This document shows positions 10,700 through 20,621 of a stretch of 32,000 nt of DNA, piece by piece. Both the position numbers and the translations under genes were made by a program. The stretch is from Prochlorococcus sp. AG-409-P01 (GTDB lineage: Bacteria > Cyanobacteriota > Cyanobacteriia > PCC-6307 > Cyanobiaceae): positions 1 to 32,000 of the forward strand of contig QCKM01000003.1 of NCBI GenBank assembly GCA_003215335.1, read 5' to 3'. The notes beneath the pieces were generated by a model. It saw only the letters and a list, made by a program, of their open reading frames with translations, was not told where the DNA came from and did not search any database. Position 1 is the stretch's first letter. Every line of letters begins with the position of its first letter.

Positions 10700-12157
10700 T
10701 CAAGATAAATAGTTTTTCTCAACCCAATCCAAATATTCATTTGTAACAGTACCTGTAATGTATTCACCAGTAAAACAAGAAAGCTCTAATTCTTTAACGT
10801 CTGAATTTTCCGTGATTGCCAACTGAAGATCAGAGACATTTTGATAAATCATTTTATCAATAGATAAGACATTGCATATCTGCTCAGTTGATCGATCATG
10901 AGCAATCAACTCTTTTCTGCTTGGCATATTAATTCCATATACATGTGGAAAACGAACTGGAGGAGCTGCCGAGGTAAAAATAACTTTATTTGCTCCTGCT
11001 AAACGCGCCATAGCAACAATCTCCTTTGATGTAGTCCCTCTTACAATAGAGTCATCAACAATAAGGATATTTTTTCCCTTAAATTCTGTTCGCATAGCAT
11101 TTAATTTTTGACGAACAGATTTTCTTCTTTTCAACTGTCCGGGCATTATAAAAGTCCTTCCTACATATCTATTTTTAAAAAAGCCTTCGCGATATTCAAT
11201 ACCAAGCTGTCTAGCAACTTGCATTGCAGCAGGTCTTGAAGAGTCGGGTATTGGCATAACAACATCAATATCTCCACAAGGAATCTGTTTAGAAATTGTT
11301 TTAGCTAAACGGTCACCCATTCTTAAGCGTGCTTCATAAACGGATATTCCATTCATTACTGAGTCTGGTCTAGCAAGATAAACATATTCAAAAGAGCAAG
11401 GCACTAATCTGGCAGTTTCGGAACAGAGCTTCGAATAAAATTCACCATTATTAGTTATATAAATTGCTTCTCCAGGATAAACATCACGAACAATTTCATA
11501 ATCACCATTTTCTAAAACAAGAGATTCACTAGCAACAATCCACTCATCAATGGAATTACTGTTTTTACGTTTACCAATTACAAGAGGTCTAATACCATAT
11601 GGATCTCGAAAGGCAAGCATTCCATGGCCTGCAATTAAAGCAATAGATGCATAAGAACCCTCGATACGCTGATGAACAACTTCAATAGCTTCAAACACTT
11701 GTTCAGGTGTAAGTTCTTTTCCTTTTATTCGCTCATGGACTTCAGTTGCTAATACATTTAAAAGCATCTCAGTATCACTTGTTGAATTAGTATGTCTCCT
11801 GTCTATCTTGAAAAGATCACTCTCCAACTTTCGAGTATTTGTTAAGTTCCCATTGTGAACAAGAATAATGCCATAAGGTGCATTTACATAAAATGGTTGA
11901 ACTTCATCATCTCTATCGGCAGCCCCTTTAGTTGCATATCTAACATGACCTAAACCTATATTTCCTTTTAAAGCTCGCATATCTCTTGTTCTATATGCTT
12001 CTTTAACTTGTCCTTTTGACTTATGCTGATGGAAAACACAGTCTTCCATTGTCGCAATCCCAGTCGAATCTTGGCCACGATGCTGTAGTAGCAACAAGCT
12101 GTCGTAAATCTGCTGATTAACGGGTGACTGAGAAATAATGCCAACAATGCCACACAT
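10700..12157 (-). CDS. purF: Amidophosphoribosyltransferase
   Basis: 485 aa. It has the Ntn nucleophile MCGIVG at the N-terminus and the PRTase motif ILIVDDSIVRGTTS. Confidence 0.97.
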   Translation of the reverse strand: MCGIVGIISQSPVNQQIYDSLLLLQHRGQDSTGIATMEDCVFHQHKSKGQVKEAYRTRDMRALKGNIGLGHVRYATKGAADRDDEVQPFYVNAPYGIILVHNGNLTNTRKLESDLFKIDRRHTNSTSDTEMLLNVLATEVHERIKGKELTPEQVFEAIEVVHQRIEGSYASIALIAGHGMLAFRDPYGIRPLVIGKRKNSNSIDEWIVASESLVLENGDYEIVRDVYPGEAIYITNNGEFYSKLCSETARLVPCSFEYVYLARPDSVMNGISVYEARLRMGDRLAKTISKQIPCGDIDVVMPIPDSSRPAAMQVARQLGIEYREGFFKNRYVGRTFIMPGQLKRRKSVRQKLNAMRTEFKGKNILIVDDSIVRGTTSKEIVAMARLAGANKVIFTSAAPPVRFPHVYGINMPSRKELIAHDRSTEQICNVLSIDKMIYQNVSDLQLAITENSDVKELELSCFTGEYITGTVTNEYLDWVEKNYLS

Positions 12158-12228
12158 GCTAAATAAGAGCTCCTATGCTCATAAGCATCTCTTCATTTTG
12201 CCTTAAAAAACAAATAAAAGCAGGTCAA

Positions 12229-14616
12229 TTATTGAAATTCAACTCTGCTGGGTATTGCTTGATTAAAACAAGTTTTAAGTTTTTGAACTGACAAGTCAAT
12301 TAAAGTGGATGAACCTTGACTAATTAAAAGATTAGCTGCAAGTGTCACTTTACCTATCTTCTGAGCTGCGAATACTCCAGAATCTACAGGTATGGTTTCT
12401 GCAATAAAATCTTCCCAACTAGATAAATTTTCAGAAGAAATACTAACAAGAATCCTTGCTCCACCTTCAGCAAATAACATCCTATCAATTCTTACTTCAC
12501 TATTGGGCAACTGAATAGAAGCACCCAAACCAGAGGATATGCAAGCTTCTGCTAATGCTACAGATAAGCCACCATCACTAATATCATGAGCAGAATTAAT
12601 ATAATTTTCAGAAATACCTTTACGAACAAAAGATTGAACAAGAGACTCTAAAGTCAGATCAATCTCTGGGGGACGACCGGAAACAATTCCATGGATCCTT
12701 TCTAAATAGCTACTGCCTCCTAAAGTAATACGTTTTTCATCAGAATTTAATTGCTCAAGAGGAATTCCAATCAACCAAATCGAGTCATTTTCAGATAACC
12801 AAGCTTGACCTCTAACGTTACTTAATTGATCTATTAAACCAACCATTCCTACAACAGGAGTTGGGTGAATTGGCTGGAGAGTACCATCAGAAAGACGAGT
12901 TTCATTGTATAGAGAAACATTTCCTCCAGTGATAGGAGTATTTAAAGCAATACAAGCCTTCGCTAAACCTTTACAAGAAGAAGCTAATTGCCAATAACCC
13001 TTTGATGTTTCTGGTGAGGGAAAATTCAAGTTATCCGTAACAGCTAAAGGTTCAGCACCAACACAACTGAGATTCCTTGCGGCTTCAGCAACTGCAGCCA
13101 TTGCCCCTCGTTCAGGATCAAGAAAAGCCCATCTATTAGGACAATCGACTACAGCAGCTATACCACGTTCTTTTCTTGAGCTGTAATCATTATCATCTTG
13201 TGAGCGTAATCTAATAACAGCAGCATCAGCTCCACCAGGTGGAATAATAGTATTTGCTTGTACCTGATAATCATATTGCTGATAAATCCAAGATTTAGAA
13301 GCAATTGTCGGATCATCTAAAAGCATCAAAAGAATTTCATTCCAAGTAACATCTGTTTTTTTGGAGTTTGATAACAAAGAAGAAATTCCTGATGAAGATA
13401 ATCTAGGAAGCTGACTCTCATTCCAACTCCAAGCATCTTTAACTTCAGAAGGTGGTTGAGTTAATAATTCATGTTTATTTATTGGTGTATCATCAGCCAA
13501 AGCTGCAGCAGGTATCTCTGCAGCGATTTGTCTATTCTGTAAAACTCTAACAACTTTATCTTCTAAAACCTTACCTACAACTCCAGCACATAAACCCCAA
13601 CGTTTAAAACTATCTATCAATCTTTGTTCAGATCCAGGTTTAACTACAAAAAGCATTCTCTCCTGAGACTCAGAAAGTAAAAATTCATATGCTGTCATTC
13701 CAACTTCTCTGGCTGGAACAAGATCAAGATCTAATTCAATCCCAACATTACCCTTAGCTGCCATTTCTGAACAGCTACAAGTAAGACCTGCCGCACCCAT
13801 ATCCTGAGCAGCTATTACGTCTCCAGATTTAAATGCTTCAAGACAAGCTTCTATTAAACCTTTTTCCAAAAAAGGATCTCCTACTTGCACTGCAGGACGA
13901 TCATCAATTGATTCTTTAGTTAGTTCAGAACTAGCAAAACTTGCACCTCCCATTCCATCACGTCCTGTAGTACTGCCAACGTAAAGAACAGAATATCCAA
14001 TACCTTTAGCTCCAGAACAAACAATTTCAGTAGTTTCCATTAAACCTAATGCCATAGCATTAACTAATGGGTTTCCTGAATAGCTGGGGTCAAAAGCAAT
14101 TTCTCCACCAACAGTAGGAACTCCTACACAATTCCCATAATGAGCGATACCTGAAACAATTCCCTGAAGAAGACTAATGTTATTTTTATCATCTAGAGGG
14201 CCAAATCTTAAAGAATTAAGTAAAGCAATTGGCCTAGCACCCATAGTAAAAATATCCCTTAAAATTCCACCTACTCCTGTAGCTGCTCCCTGAAATGGTT
14301 CTATTGCTGAAGGATGATTATGGCTTTCAATCTTAAAAGCTAATCTTTGACCTTCTCCAAGGTCAACTACTCCTGCATTCTCACCAGGGCCGACAAGAAT
14401 CCTAGGTCCTTTAGTAGGAAAACCATTTAATAAAGATCTTGAATTCCTATAACAACAATGTTCAGACCACATCACACCAAACATTCCAAGCTCTGCACGA
14501 TTTGGTGGCCGATCTAGTCTGCGACAAATTTCTTTGTAGTCATCTAATTTCAACCCTTCTTGTTTAAGAGCTGAAGCAATATCATAATTAGTAGAATTGT
14601 CTAGTGGTTGGCTCAC
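12229..14616 (-). CDS. purL: Phosphoribosylformylglycinamidine synthase subunit PurL (FGAM synthase II)
   Basis: 795 aa with a GTG start. It has [21 protein letters not shown] and a duplicated AIR-synthase-like fold, collinear with small PurL. Confidence 0.96.
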   Translation of the reverse strand: MSQPLDNSTNYDIASALKQEGLKLDDYKEICRRLDRPPNRAELGMFGVMWSEHCCYRNSRSLLNGFPTKGPRILVGPGENAGVVDLGEGQRLAFKIESHNHPSAIEPFQGAATGVGGILRDIFTMGARPIALLNSLRFGPLDDKNNISLLQGIVSGIAHYGNCVGVPTVGGEIAFDPSYSGNPLVNAMALGLMETTEIVCSGAKGIGYSVLYVGSTTGRDGMGGASFASSELTKESIDDRPAVQVGDPFLEKGLIEACLEAFKSGDVIAAQDMGAAGLTCSCSEMAAKGNVGIELDLDLVPAREVGMTAYEFLLSESQERMLFVVKPGSEQRLIDSFKRWGLCAGVVGKVLEDKVVRVLQNRQIAAEIPAAALADDTPINKHELLTQPPSEVKDAWSWNESQLPRLSSSGISSLLSNSKKTDVTWNEILLMLLDDPTIASKSWIYQQYDYQVQANTIIPPGGADAAVIRLRSQDDNDYSSRKERGIAAVVDCPNRWAFLDPERGAMAAVAEAARNLSCVGAEPLAVTDNLNFPSPETSKGYWQLASSCKGLAKACIALNTPITGGNVSLYNETRLSDGTLQPIHPTPVVGMVGLIDQLSNVRGQAWLSENDSIWLIGIPLEQLNSDEKRITLGGSSYLERIHGIVSGRPPEIDLTLESLVQSFVRKGISENYINSAHDISDGGLSVALAEACISSGLGASIQLPNSEVRIDRMLFAEGGARILVSISSENLSSWEDFIAETIPVDSGVFAAQKIGKVTLAANLLISQGSSTLIDLSVQKLKTCFNQAIPSRVEFQ

Positions 14617-14648
14617 AAATCAATCAAGAAAAGACATTTGAATAATAA

Positions 14649-15443
14649 TCAAATCCAAGGATCTTCTTCTTCATCAAGAATATTATTCATATCATCAGCT
14701 CCTCGATTATGAGAAGGGTTTTCATAAGAGGAAAGGTTATTGTGCATTCCTTCAAAATCATCTTCCCAATTTTCCAGGGGATCTGTTTCGGAGAAATCAT
14801 TGTTAGGTGTCGTAGAGCGTAAATCATTATCCCAAGGAGGGTCCTCAAGCCAACCTTCTAATCTGTCACTAGCTCTGTCTTTAATATCTTGAAAATGATT
14901 CCTTAAATGTCTTGATTTTTTTAAAAGGTTTTGACGAACGCTTGCATGAACTATTGGTAGATCATCTAAGGTTAAAATAGAAGTAGAAACAATTCCGGGT
15001 AATTGATCTAATATTCGCTCCTTATTTAATCTCCATCTACTAGCACCTGGGAGACGAGGATGACTACGGGAAACTAAATAATGTAATATTTTTCCTGTTG
15101 CAGGATCAAAAACTAAATCTGCAATAGAACCTATCTTTTCAGAGTTTTTATTTAGAAGATCAGCTTCTAATAAAGTAGGTAATCGATCAACTGTTTGTTG
15201 ATCTGTAATAGAAGGTTCACCTTTAACAAAAATCTCTTGATCAGTAATAGCTCTTATTTGATCTAACCTCCAAACGTCTCTAGCCATTCGCAAAGTTGAA
15301 GGTCGAGTAACCCAGCCTAATAATCTATGAACAGGAGGATGCATCCAAACCAGTACTCCTGGGCCATGATCTAAACCTTGATCACAACGAACTCTATGGC
15401 GAAAAAGGTCACTCAATAAAAGTTGTTCAGGTAGATCAAACAA
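14649..15443 (-). CDS. PRC-barrel domain protein with an acidic C-terminal tail (conserved hypothetical)
   Basis: 264 aa. There are two PRC-barrel-like segments (for example LLNKNSEKIGSIADLVFDPATGKILHYLVS). The tail is DDMNNILDEEEDPWI. A TTG start is inferred. The gene begins 3 nt after the dnaN stop. Confidence 0.75.
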   Translation of the reverse strand: MFDLPEQLLLSDLFRHRVRCDQGLDHGPGVLVWMHPPVHRLLGWVTRPSTLRMARDVWRLDQIRAITDQEIFVKGEPSITDQQTVDRLPTLLEADLLNKNSEKIGSIADLVFDPATGKILHYLVSRSHPRLPGASRWRLNKERILDQLPGIVSTSILTLDDLPIVHASVRQNLLKKSRHLRNHFQDIKDRASDRLEGWLEDPPWDNDLRSTTPNNDFSETDPLENWEDDFEGMHNNLSSYENPSHNRGADDMNNILDEEEDPWI

Positions 15444-15446
15444 AAC

Positions 15447-16601
15447 CTAGGCTCTTATTTGAACTGGCATTACTAAATAAGTAAAACCATTTTCATCATC
15501 AATGGGTGAAATGACTGCTGGAGTTGTAGGTGCATTACATGCTAAGTTAACTTTACTTGAATCTATTACTTTTAAACCTTCTAAAACATAACGAACATTA
15601 AAAGCTATTTCGAATGAGTCACCTTGATAAATTGCAGGAATAGATTCAGAACCACTACCGACATCTTGAGCATCTGTAGTAATTTTCATCAAATCATCAT
15701 TTGAAGTCAAAGAAATTTTCACAACATTATTATGTTGATCTGCCAAAACAGCTATTCGCTCCAAAGCAGAAATAAAAAGTCTTCTGTCAATTTCAATATT
15801 ATGTAAAAACTGATCAGGTAAAAGTTGACGATAATTAGGGTAATTTCCTTCAAGTGTTCTACTGGTTAAAACTTGGTCATCTGCCAAAAAAACAACCTGA
15901 CCACTATCATAAAAAATACTAATTGGATCATCCTCTTTCCAAGAGGAAATCAAACGCTCAACCTCACGAAGCGATCTTGATGGCAATGTAACCGCTAATT
16001 GTTGTTCTGGTTCAGCATTTATAGATTCAGAGATTAAAGCTTCTTCTAAACTTAAAATAGCTAATCTATGGCCATCTGTAGCTGCAGCTTCCATAAGATG
16101 ACCATTAAAAGTTAAATGGACACCAGTCAAAAGTTGTTTAGCCTCATCAGAACTACTTGAAAAAAGAGTTCCTCTTAAACCTTTAAGAAGTGATGAAGCA
16201 TTTACTTTTAATGCAAATCCATTCTCAACTAGAGGTAATTCTGGAAATTCATCAGCAGACATTCCTCTCATCTGATAACTACCACTCAAGCTTTTTAACT
16301 CTAATTGATCTCCAATTTCATCTGTAAATAAACTGATTGGCGAGTCACTTGAAAGTCGAGAAACTATTTCTACAAATAATTTTGCGGGCAAAGTAATTGC
16401 TCCACTAATTTCAACTGAAGCGGTAAAAGATGTTTGAATTCCGAGATTAAGGTCAAAACCAGTAAGACTCAAGCGATTTGTCCCAGCATCCGCTGTCATC
16501 AAAACATTAGCCAAAACCGGATGTGTTGGCCGAGTAGCAACAGCCCTGCTGACAAGCTGGAGTGCACTATTGAGTTCTAGCTGAGAACAAACCAATTTCA
16601 T
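15447..16601 (-). CDS. dnaN: DNA polymerase III beta sliding clamp
   Basis: 384 aa. It has a typical DnaN N-terminus (MKLVCSQLELNSALQLVSRAV) and a three-domain length. The C-terminus is YLVMPVQIR. Confidence 0.96.
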   Translation of the reverse strand: MKLVCSQLELNSALQLVSRAVATRPTHPVLANVLMTADAGTNRLSLTGFDLNLGIQTSFTASVEISGAITLPAKLFVEIVSRLSSDSPISLFTDEIGDQLELKSLSGSYQMRGMSADEFPELPLVENGFALKVNASSLLKGLRGTLFSSSSDEAKQLLTGVHLTFNGHLMEAAATDGHRLAILSLEEALISESINAEPEQQLAVTLPSRSLREVERLISSWKEDDPISIFYDSGQVVFLADDQVLTSRTLEGNYPNYRQLLPDQFLHNIEIDRRLFISALERIAVLADQHNNVVKISLTSNDDLMKITTDAQDVGSGSESIPAIYQGDSFEIAFNVRYVLEGLKVIDSSKVNLACNAPTTPAVISPIDDENGFTYLVMPVQIRA

Positions 16602-16968
16602 GAAATTAAGGTAACGATCAAATCGCTTAAAAGGAAGCCCAAATTCTCATAAAGAAATGTTCAGCAGTGTTTTTTTTGCTTTTCCCTTTTACTCTTCTAC
16701 TAATTTAAATAAAAAAATAGAATAGTAGTAGTAGGGGTTGAGGAAACAGTGGAGAAGTCTTGAGGCCCTGCCCGTGACTACGATTTGTTTTTCACAGCCA
16801 TGAGGAAAAATTTTATATTCATATGAAAAACTTTCCTTTTCCCCATTTTATTTTTCTGTGGAAAAGCTTGAGGCAAACAAAAGTGTGTTTATTTCATTTT
16901 TTTTCCCCAGGTTTTTTAGAGATTTCAAAGCTTTTCCTTAGACCAGAATTTTGATTGTCTATTTAGAT
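16602..16968. other. Putative chromosomal replication origin (oriC) in the dnaN-thrC intergenic region
   Basis: This is the longest non-coding gap among the well-supported genes (367 nt) and lies directly upstream of dnaN. One perfect and four 1-mismatch matches to the cyanobacterial DnaA box TTTTCCACA fall within 16788-16909. A strongly AT-rich tract lies at 16700-16731. Confidence 0.7.
16857..16865 (-). promoter_or_regulatory. DnaA box, perfect match (TGTGGAAAA, the complement of TTTTCCACA)
   Basis: Read directly from the sequence. Flanking 1-mismatch boxes are 16788-16796 TTTTTCACA, 16801-16809 TGAGGAAAA, 16837-16845 TTTTCCCCA and 16901-16909 TTTTCCCCA. Confidence 0.6.
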
Positions 16969-18075
16969 TTAGAATCCTATAGCATTTGCCACTGTTTTAA
17001 TATTGCTTTCCAGGCCGCTATGAAACACTGCATTATTATTATTTATTGCACAATCTGGATCTTTTAATCCATTACCTGTAAGTACACATACAACTGTTCC
17101 ATTTGTTGGGACTTCTTCTGCCCTTTTAATAAGTCCGGCTACCGATGCAGCACTGGCTGGTTCACAAAAAATGCCTTCTTCCTGACCAAGTATTTTATAA
17201 GCATTGATTATCTCTTCATCCGTAACATCTAAAAAGCTACCATTACTTTTTTCTTTGGCATTAATCGCTTTTACTTTGTTAACTGGATTACCAATTCGTA
17301 TTGCTGTGGCAATTGTTTCTGGATTGTTTATGGTTTTATCAAAAACTAGTGGGGCTGATCCAGAAGCTTGAAAACCCATCATCTTTGGTAGTTTCTTGGA
17401 TTTTCCTTTGTTTTTATATTCTTCAAAACCCTTCCAATAAGCACTTATATTTCCTGCATTTCCCATTGGTATACATAACCAATCAGGAGCTTCTCCTAAT
17501 GTATCAATGATTTCAAATGCAGCTGTTTTTTGACCTTCTATTCTGTATGGATTAACAGAATTAACTAATGTAATAGGATAATTATTTGACATTTGTTGAA
17601 CTATTTCTAAAGCATCATCAAAATTTCCTTTTATTGCTAGCACTTCAGCGCCATAAACAAGCGCTTGAGCAAGTTTTCCTTGTGCAACATATCCATCTGG
17701 TATTAATACAAATGCTTTCATTCCTCCTCTTTTGGCATAAGCAGCAGCAGATGCTGATGTGTTCCCTGTACTTGCACATATAACTGCTTCACAACCTTCT
17801 TCTTTAGCTTTACTAATTGCCATTGTCATCCCCCTGTCTTTGAATGAGCCTGTGGGATTTAATCCGTCATATTTGACAAAAACCTTGACGCCTCTTCCTA
17901 TTACTTTTTGGATAGATGGCACTTGAATTAGTGGCGTAGCTCCTTCTTTGAGAGTGATTATTGGTGTGTTTTTATTGACAGGTAGCCATTCTCGATAACC
18001 TTCTATTAGACCAGGCCAATTACTTGAATGCTTTGCCTGGATAAAACGAGAACTAATTTTTTTGATAAGAGACAC
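16969..18075 (-). CDS. thrC: Threonine synthase
   Basis: 368 aa with a GTG start. The PLP-lysine motif is [11 protein letters not shown]. The N-terminus [14 protein letters not shown] and the glycine-rich loop GNAGN are typical of ThrC. Confidence 0.95.
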   Translation of the reverse strand: MSLIKKISSRFIQAKHSSNWPGLIEGYREWLPVNKNTPIITLKEGATPLIQVPSIQKVIGRGVKVFVKYDGLNPTGSFKDRGMTMAISKAKEEGCEAVICASTGNTSASAAAYAKRGGMKAFVLIPDGYVAQGKLAQALVYGAEVLAIKGNFDDALEIVQQMSNNYPITLVNSVNPYRIEGQKTAAFEIIDTLGEAPDWLCIPMGNAGNISAYWKGFEEYKNKGKSKKLPKMMGFQASGSAPLVFDKTINNPETIATAIRIGNPVNKVKAINAKEKSNGSFLDVTDEEIINAYKILGQEEGIFCEPASAASVAGLIKRAEEVPTNGTVVCVLTGNGLKDPDCAINNNNAVFHSGLESNIKTVANAIGF

Positions 18076-18098
18076 TTTTCTAAGATCGATTGGGTGAT

Positions 18099-18680
18099 TT
18101 AAGGTTTGGTTTCTTTTGAAGCCTCTAATGGTGTTGCGGAATAAAATTTTACCAAATCAGAAATTGAATCTACTTTGTTTAACACTCTAAAAAGTTCTGG
18201 CAGGTTCACTGCCATTATTTTATTGGGATACGCTTTTAGAAATTGCAATGCATTTAATGATCCATCGCCCATCTGAATCCCTAGAATTATTCCAGCTCTA
18301 ATTGCAGGTACACTAACTGATTTATTTTTTACTTTTAGTGGATGAATGATGTCTGCTACTCTACTTATAATTACCTCTCCAATAGTTGTGTTGATTAATC
18401 GACTAGTCATTACTATTGGGAGCTCATGTTTTTCATTCAATAGATTCGAGATGTTTTCAGCATCTTGATTACTGAATTTAAGAACATCGGCCAAAAAGCC
18501 TGTTGCTTTTCCTGTTTTCGCAAGCTCTTCGAGACTTGAAATACTAATTGATCTCTTGAACCCTCCACTAACGAAGGCTAATTTTTCTGCTGCTTGAACC
18601 GATGACATGCAATTTATAAGGATCAAAAACATCCCAAATAAAATTTGTTGTCTTTGTTTTGTTTGTAATTTTTTTTTCAT
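18099..18680 (-). CDS. Secreted conserved hypothetical protein (resembles the cyanobacterial DUF1400 domain)
   Basis: 193 aa. A signal peptide ([19 protein letters not shown]) is followed by [24 protein letters not shown], which I recall as DUF1400-like. The family assignment is from memory only. Confidence 0.7.
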   Translation of the reverse strand: MKKKLQTKQRQQILFGMFLILINCMSSVQAAEKLAFVSGGFKRSISISSLEELAKTGKATGFLADVLKFSNQDAENISNLLNEKHELPIVMTSRLINTTIGEVIISRVADIIHPLKVKNKSVSVPAIRAGIILGIQMGDGSLNALQFLKAYPNKIMAVNLPELFRVLNKVDSISDLVKFYSATPLEASKETKP

Positions 18681-18693
18681 TCCATCTTTAAAT

Positions 18694-20553
18694 CTATTGA
18701 GATTCTCCAGCGGCTACTTTGACAATACGTACTATACCTCGTTCGGTTACTCTTTGAGCTACTTTCATGCCCATTTTGCGTGCATCTTTCTCTTTGATTA
18801 ATCTGGGAATTCTATTTAATATTAATTCAGGTTTAAATCCCGGTAGGTTTCTTAGTGTTTTATATAAATTTTTAATTGGTTTAATGTCAAAAATTGATTG
18901 ATCATTAATATCATCTTGTTTGTTTCTATTTTCTCTTTTCAATGGCTTTGTTATAGATGCTTTGATTTGTTTGATTTTTTTCCAACTATAACTATCTAGT
19001 TTGTCAACTATTGCTTCTGTTATTTCTTCTCTTAGAATTCCGCCTTTATCTGAAAATAGAAAATTCATAACTTGGTCCAGTAGTGCGTCAAGGTTTAGGT
19101 TGCTTTCTTTTGCGGCGCTATTTAATAGTTCTTCAAGTCTACTCCATTTAAATGTATTCCCATCAAATAGCATTTCTTTTAGGCTTTCTCTTAGTTCCGG
19201 ATCTTCATCTTCCATTAACCGCCTTGCGAAATATGGGTAGGCAGCACCCAATATTTTGAAATTTCTATCAACACTTAAGGCTATTCCTTCCAGTGTTATT
19301 AATGAACGTATTATAAGAGCATAATATGGTGGTACTTTGAATGGAAACTTATACATTACACCTGACAAGTCATCTGTGACACTTTTAAAATCCATTTGAT
19401 TTACTCCCATCTCTAATGCTTGATTAAAAACAGTTTCAAAAGCAGGTATTATTGGTTCAAGATCTACTTCTTCTGACAGGAATCCAAGATTTACAAAGTC
19501 ACTAGATAGTTGCTTAAACCTTTTGTTTACTAAATGAACAACAGCTTTTATTAACCCTGTTCTGGATTCTCTGCTTACTTCACTCATCATTCCAAAATCC
19601 AAGTAGCATAACCTCCCATCTTTTAAGGCAAGAAGGTTCCCTGGATGTGGGTCTGCATGAAAAAAGCCATGTTCTAGTAGTTGTTGAAGACTACAATTCA
19701 CCCCTATTTCTATCATTTCTTCTGGGTCTATCCCTAGTTCTTTAACCTTTTCTATATTGGTAAGTTTTACTCCATCTATCCATTGCATTGTTAATACTCT
19801 TCTGCTTGAAGCTTCTTTGTAAATTCTGGGTACAGCAATTTTAGGATTCTTTTTATGCAGGTTATAGAATTTCTCTGCATTATTTGATTCATTTATATAG
19901 TCCATTTCTTCAAAGACTCTACGACCTAGTTCATCTATCAAAGCTACTAAATCACTTCTAATAAGCTTGACATTTTTATTCAACCAGTAACCTATATTTC
20001 TAACTATATATAAATCTAATGTTATTTGTTCTCTTAATCCTGGTCTTTGGACTTTAACAGCTACTTTTTGACCATCCTTTAGTACACCTACGTGAACTTG
20101 CCCTAGTGATGCTGCAGAAATCGGTTTTTTCTCAAGATTTGAATATATATCATTTATTTTTGCGCCCAAATCTTCTTCTATGCAAGCCATCGCCATGTCA
20201 CTATCAAATCCTGGCAACTGATCTTGTAGCTGAGCTAGTTCTTCCAACAAAACTTTTGGAATAATATCCGGTCGTGTTGATAAAGCTTGTCCCGCTTTAA
20301 TGAATGCGGGTCCTAGTTCAACTAGTAGCTCGGCACATTCTTTAGCTCTAGCTTTAGAGACCTCTTTTCTATTGAGTCTCCCTAGTAGTTTGTCCATTGC
20401 TACTCCCAAGAGGAATAGGCCTATGGGTACTAGGGTCTGCCATAAGCGTTTGATCAAACGTGTTGGATGACCCTTGTAAATATTGGAAATTTTTTCTGGG
20501 TCGTATTCCATTAGCCCAGAGGCTTCTATGAAATCCCCGAGACCTTCAGCCAT
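18694..20553 (-). CDS. ABC1/UbiB-family atypical protein kinase
   Basis: It has AASLGQVHVG, VAVKVQRPG and FFHADPHPGNLL, with a C-terminal extension. The ORF track starts at TTG 20598. I prefer the ATG at 20551-20553 (MAEGLGDF...), which gives about 619 aa. Confidence 0.9.
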   Translation of the reverse strand: MAEGLGDFIEASGLMEYDPEKISNIYKGHPTRLIKRLWQTLVPIGLFLLGVAMDKLLGRLNRKEVSKARAKECAELLVELGPAFIKAGQALSTRPDIIPKVLLEELAQLQDQLPGFDSDMAMACIEEDLGAKINDIYSNLEKKPISAASLGQVHVGVLKDGQKVAVKVQRPGLREQITLDLYIVRNIGYWLNKNVKLIRSDLVALIDELGRRVFEEMDYINESNNAEKFYNLHKKNPKIAVPRIYKEASSRRVLTMQWIDGVKLTNIEKVKELGIDPEEMIEIGVNCSLQQLLEHGFFHADPHPGNLLALKDGRLCYLDFGMMSEVSRESRTGLIKAVVHLVNKRFKQLSSDFVNLGFLSEEVDLEPIIPAFETVFNQALEMGVNQMDFKSVTDDLSGVMYKFPFKVPPYYALIIRSLITLEGIALSVDRNFKILGAAYPYFARRLMEDEDPELRESLKEMLFDGNTFKWSRLEELLNSAAKESNLNLDALLDQVMNFLFSDKGGILREEITEAIVDKLDSYSWKKIKQIKASITKPLKRENRNKQDDINDQSIFDIKPIKNLYKTLRNLPGFKPELILNRIPRLIKEKDARKMGMKVAQRVTERGIVRIVKVAAGESQ

Positions 20554-20621
20554 TCGAAAAATTTTTCTACTCCCACCCCTTCTAATCCACCGAGGCAAAC
20601 GCTACCGTTTGCGTAACTAGT

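Noticed and set aside
10944-10952. A perfect DnaA-box match (TGTGGAAAA) inside purF.
   Set aside because: It is isolated, lies within coding sequence and has no neighbouring boxes. About 0.4 perfect matches are expected by chance in a window of this size and composition, so I do not treat it as a second origin.
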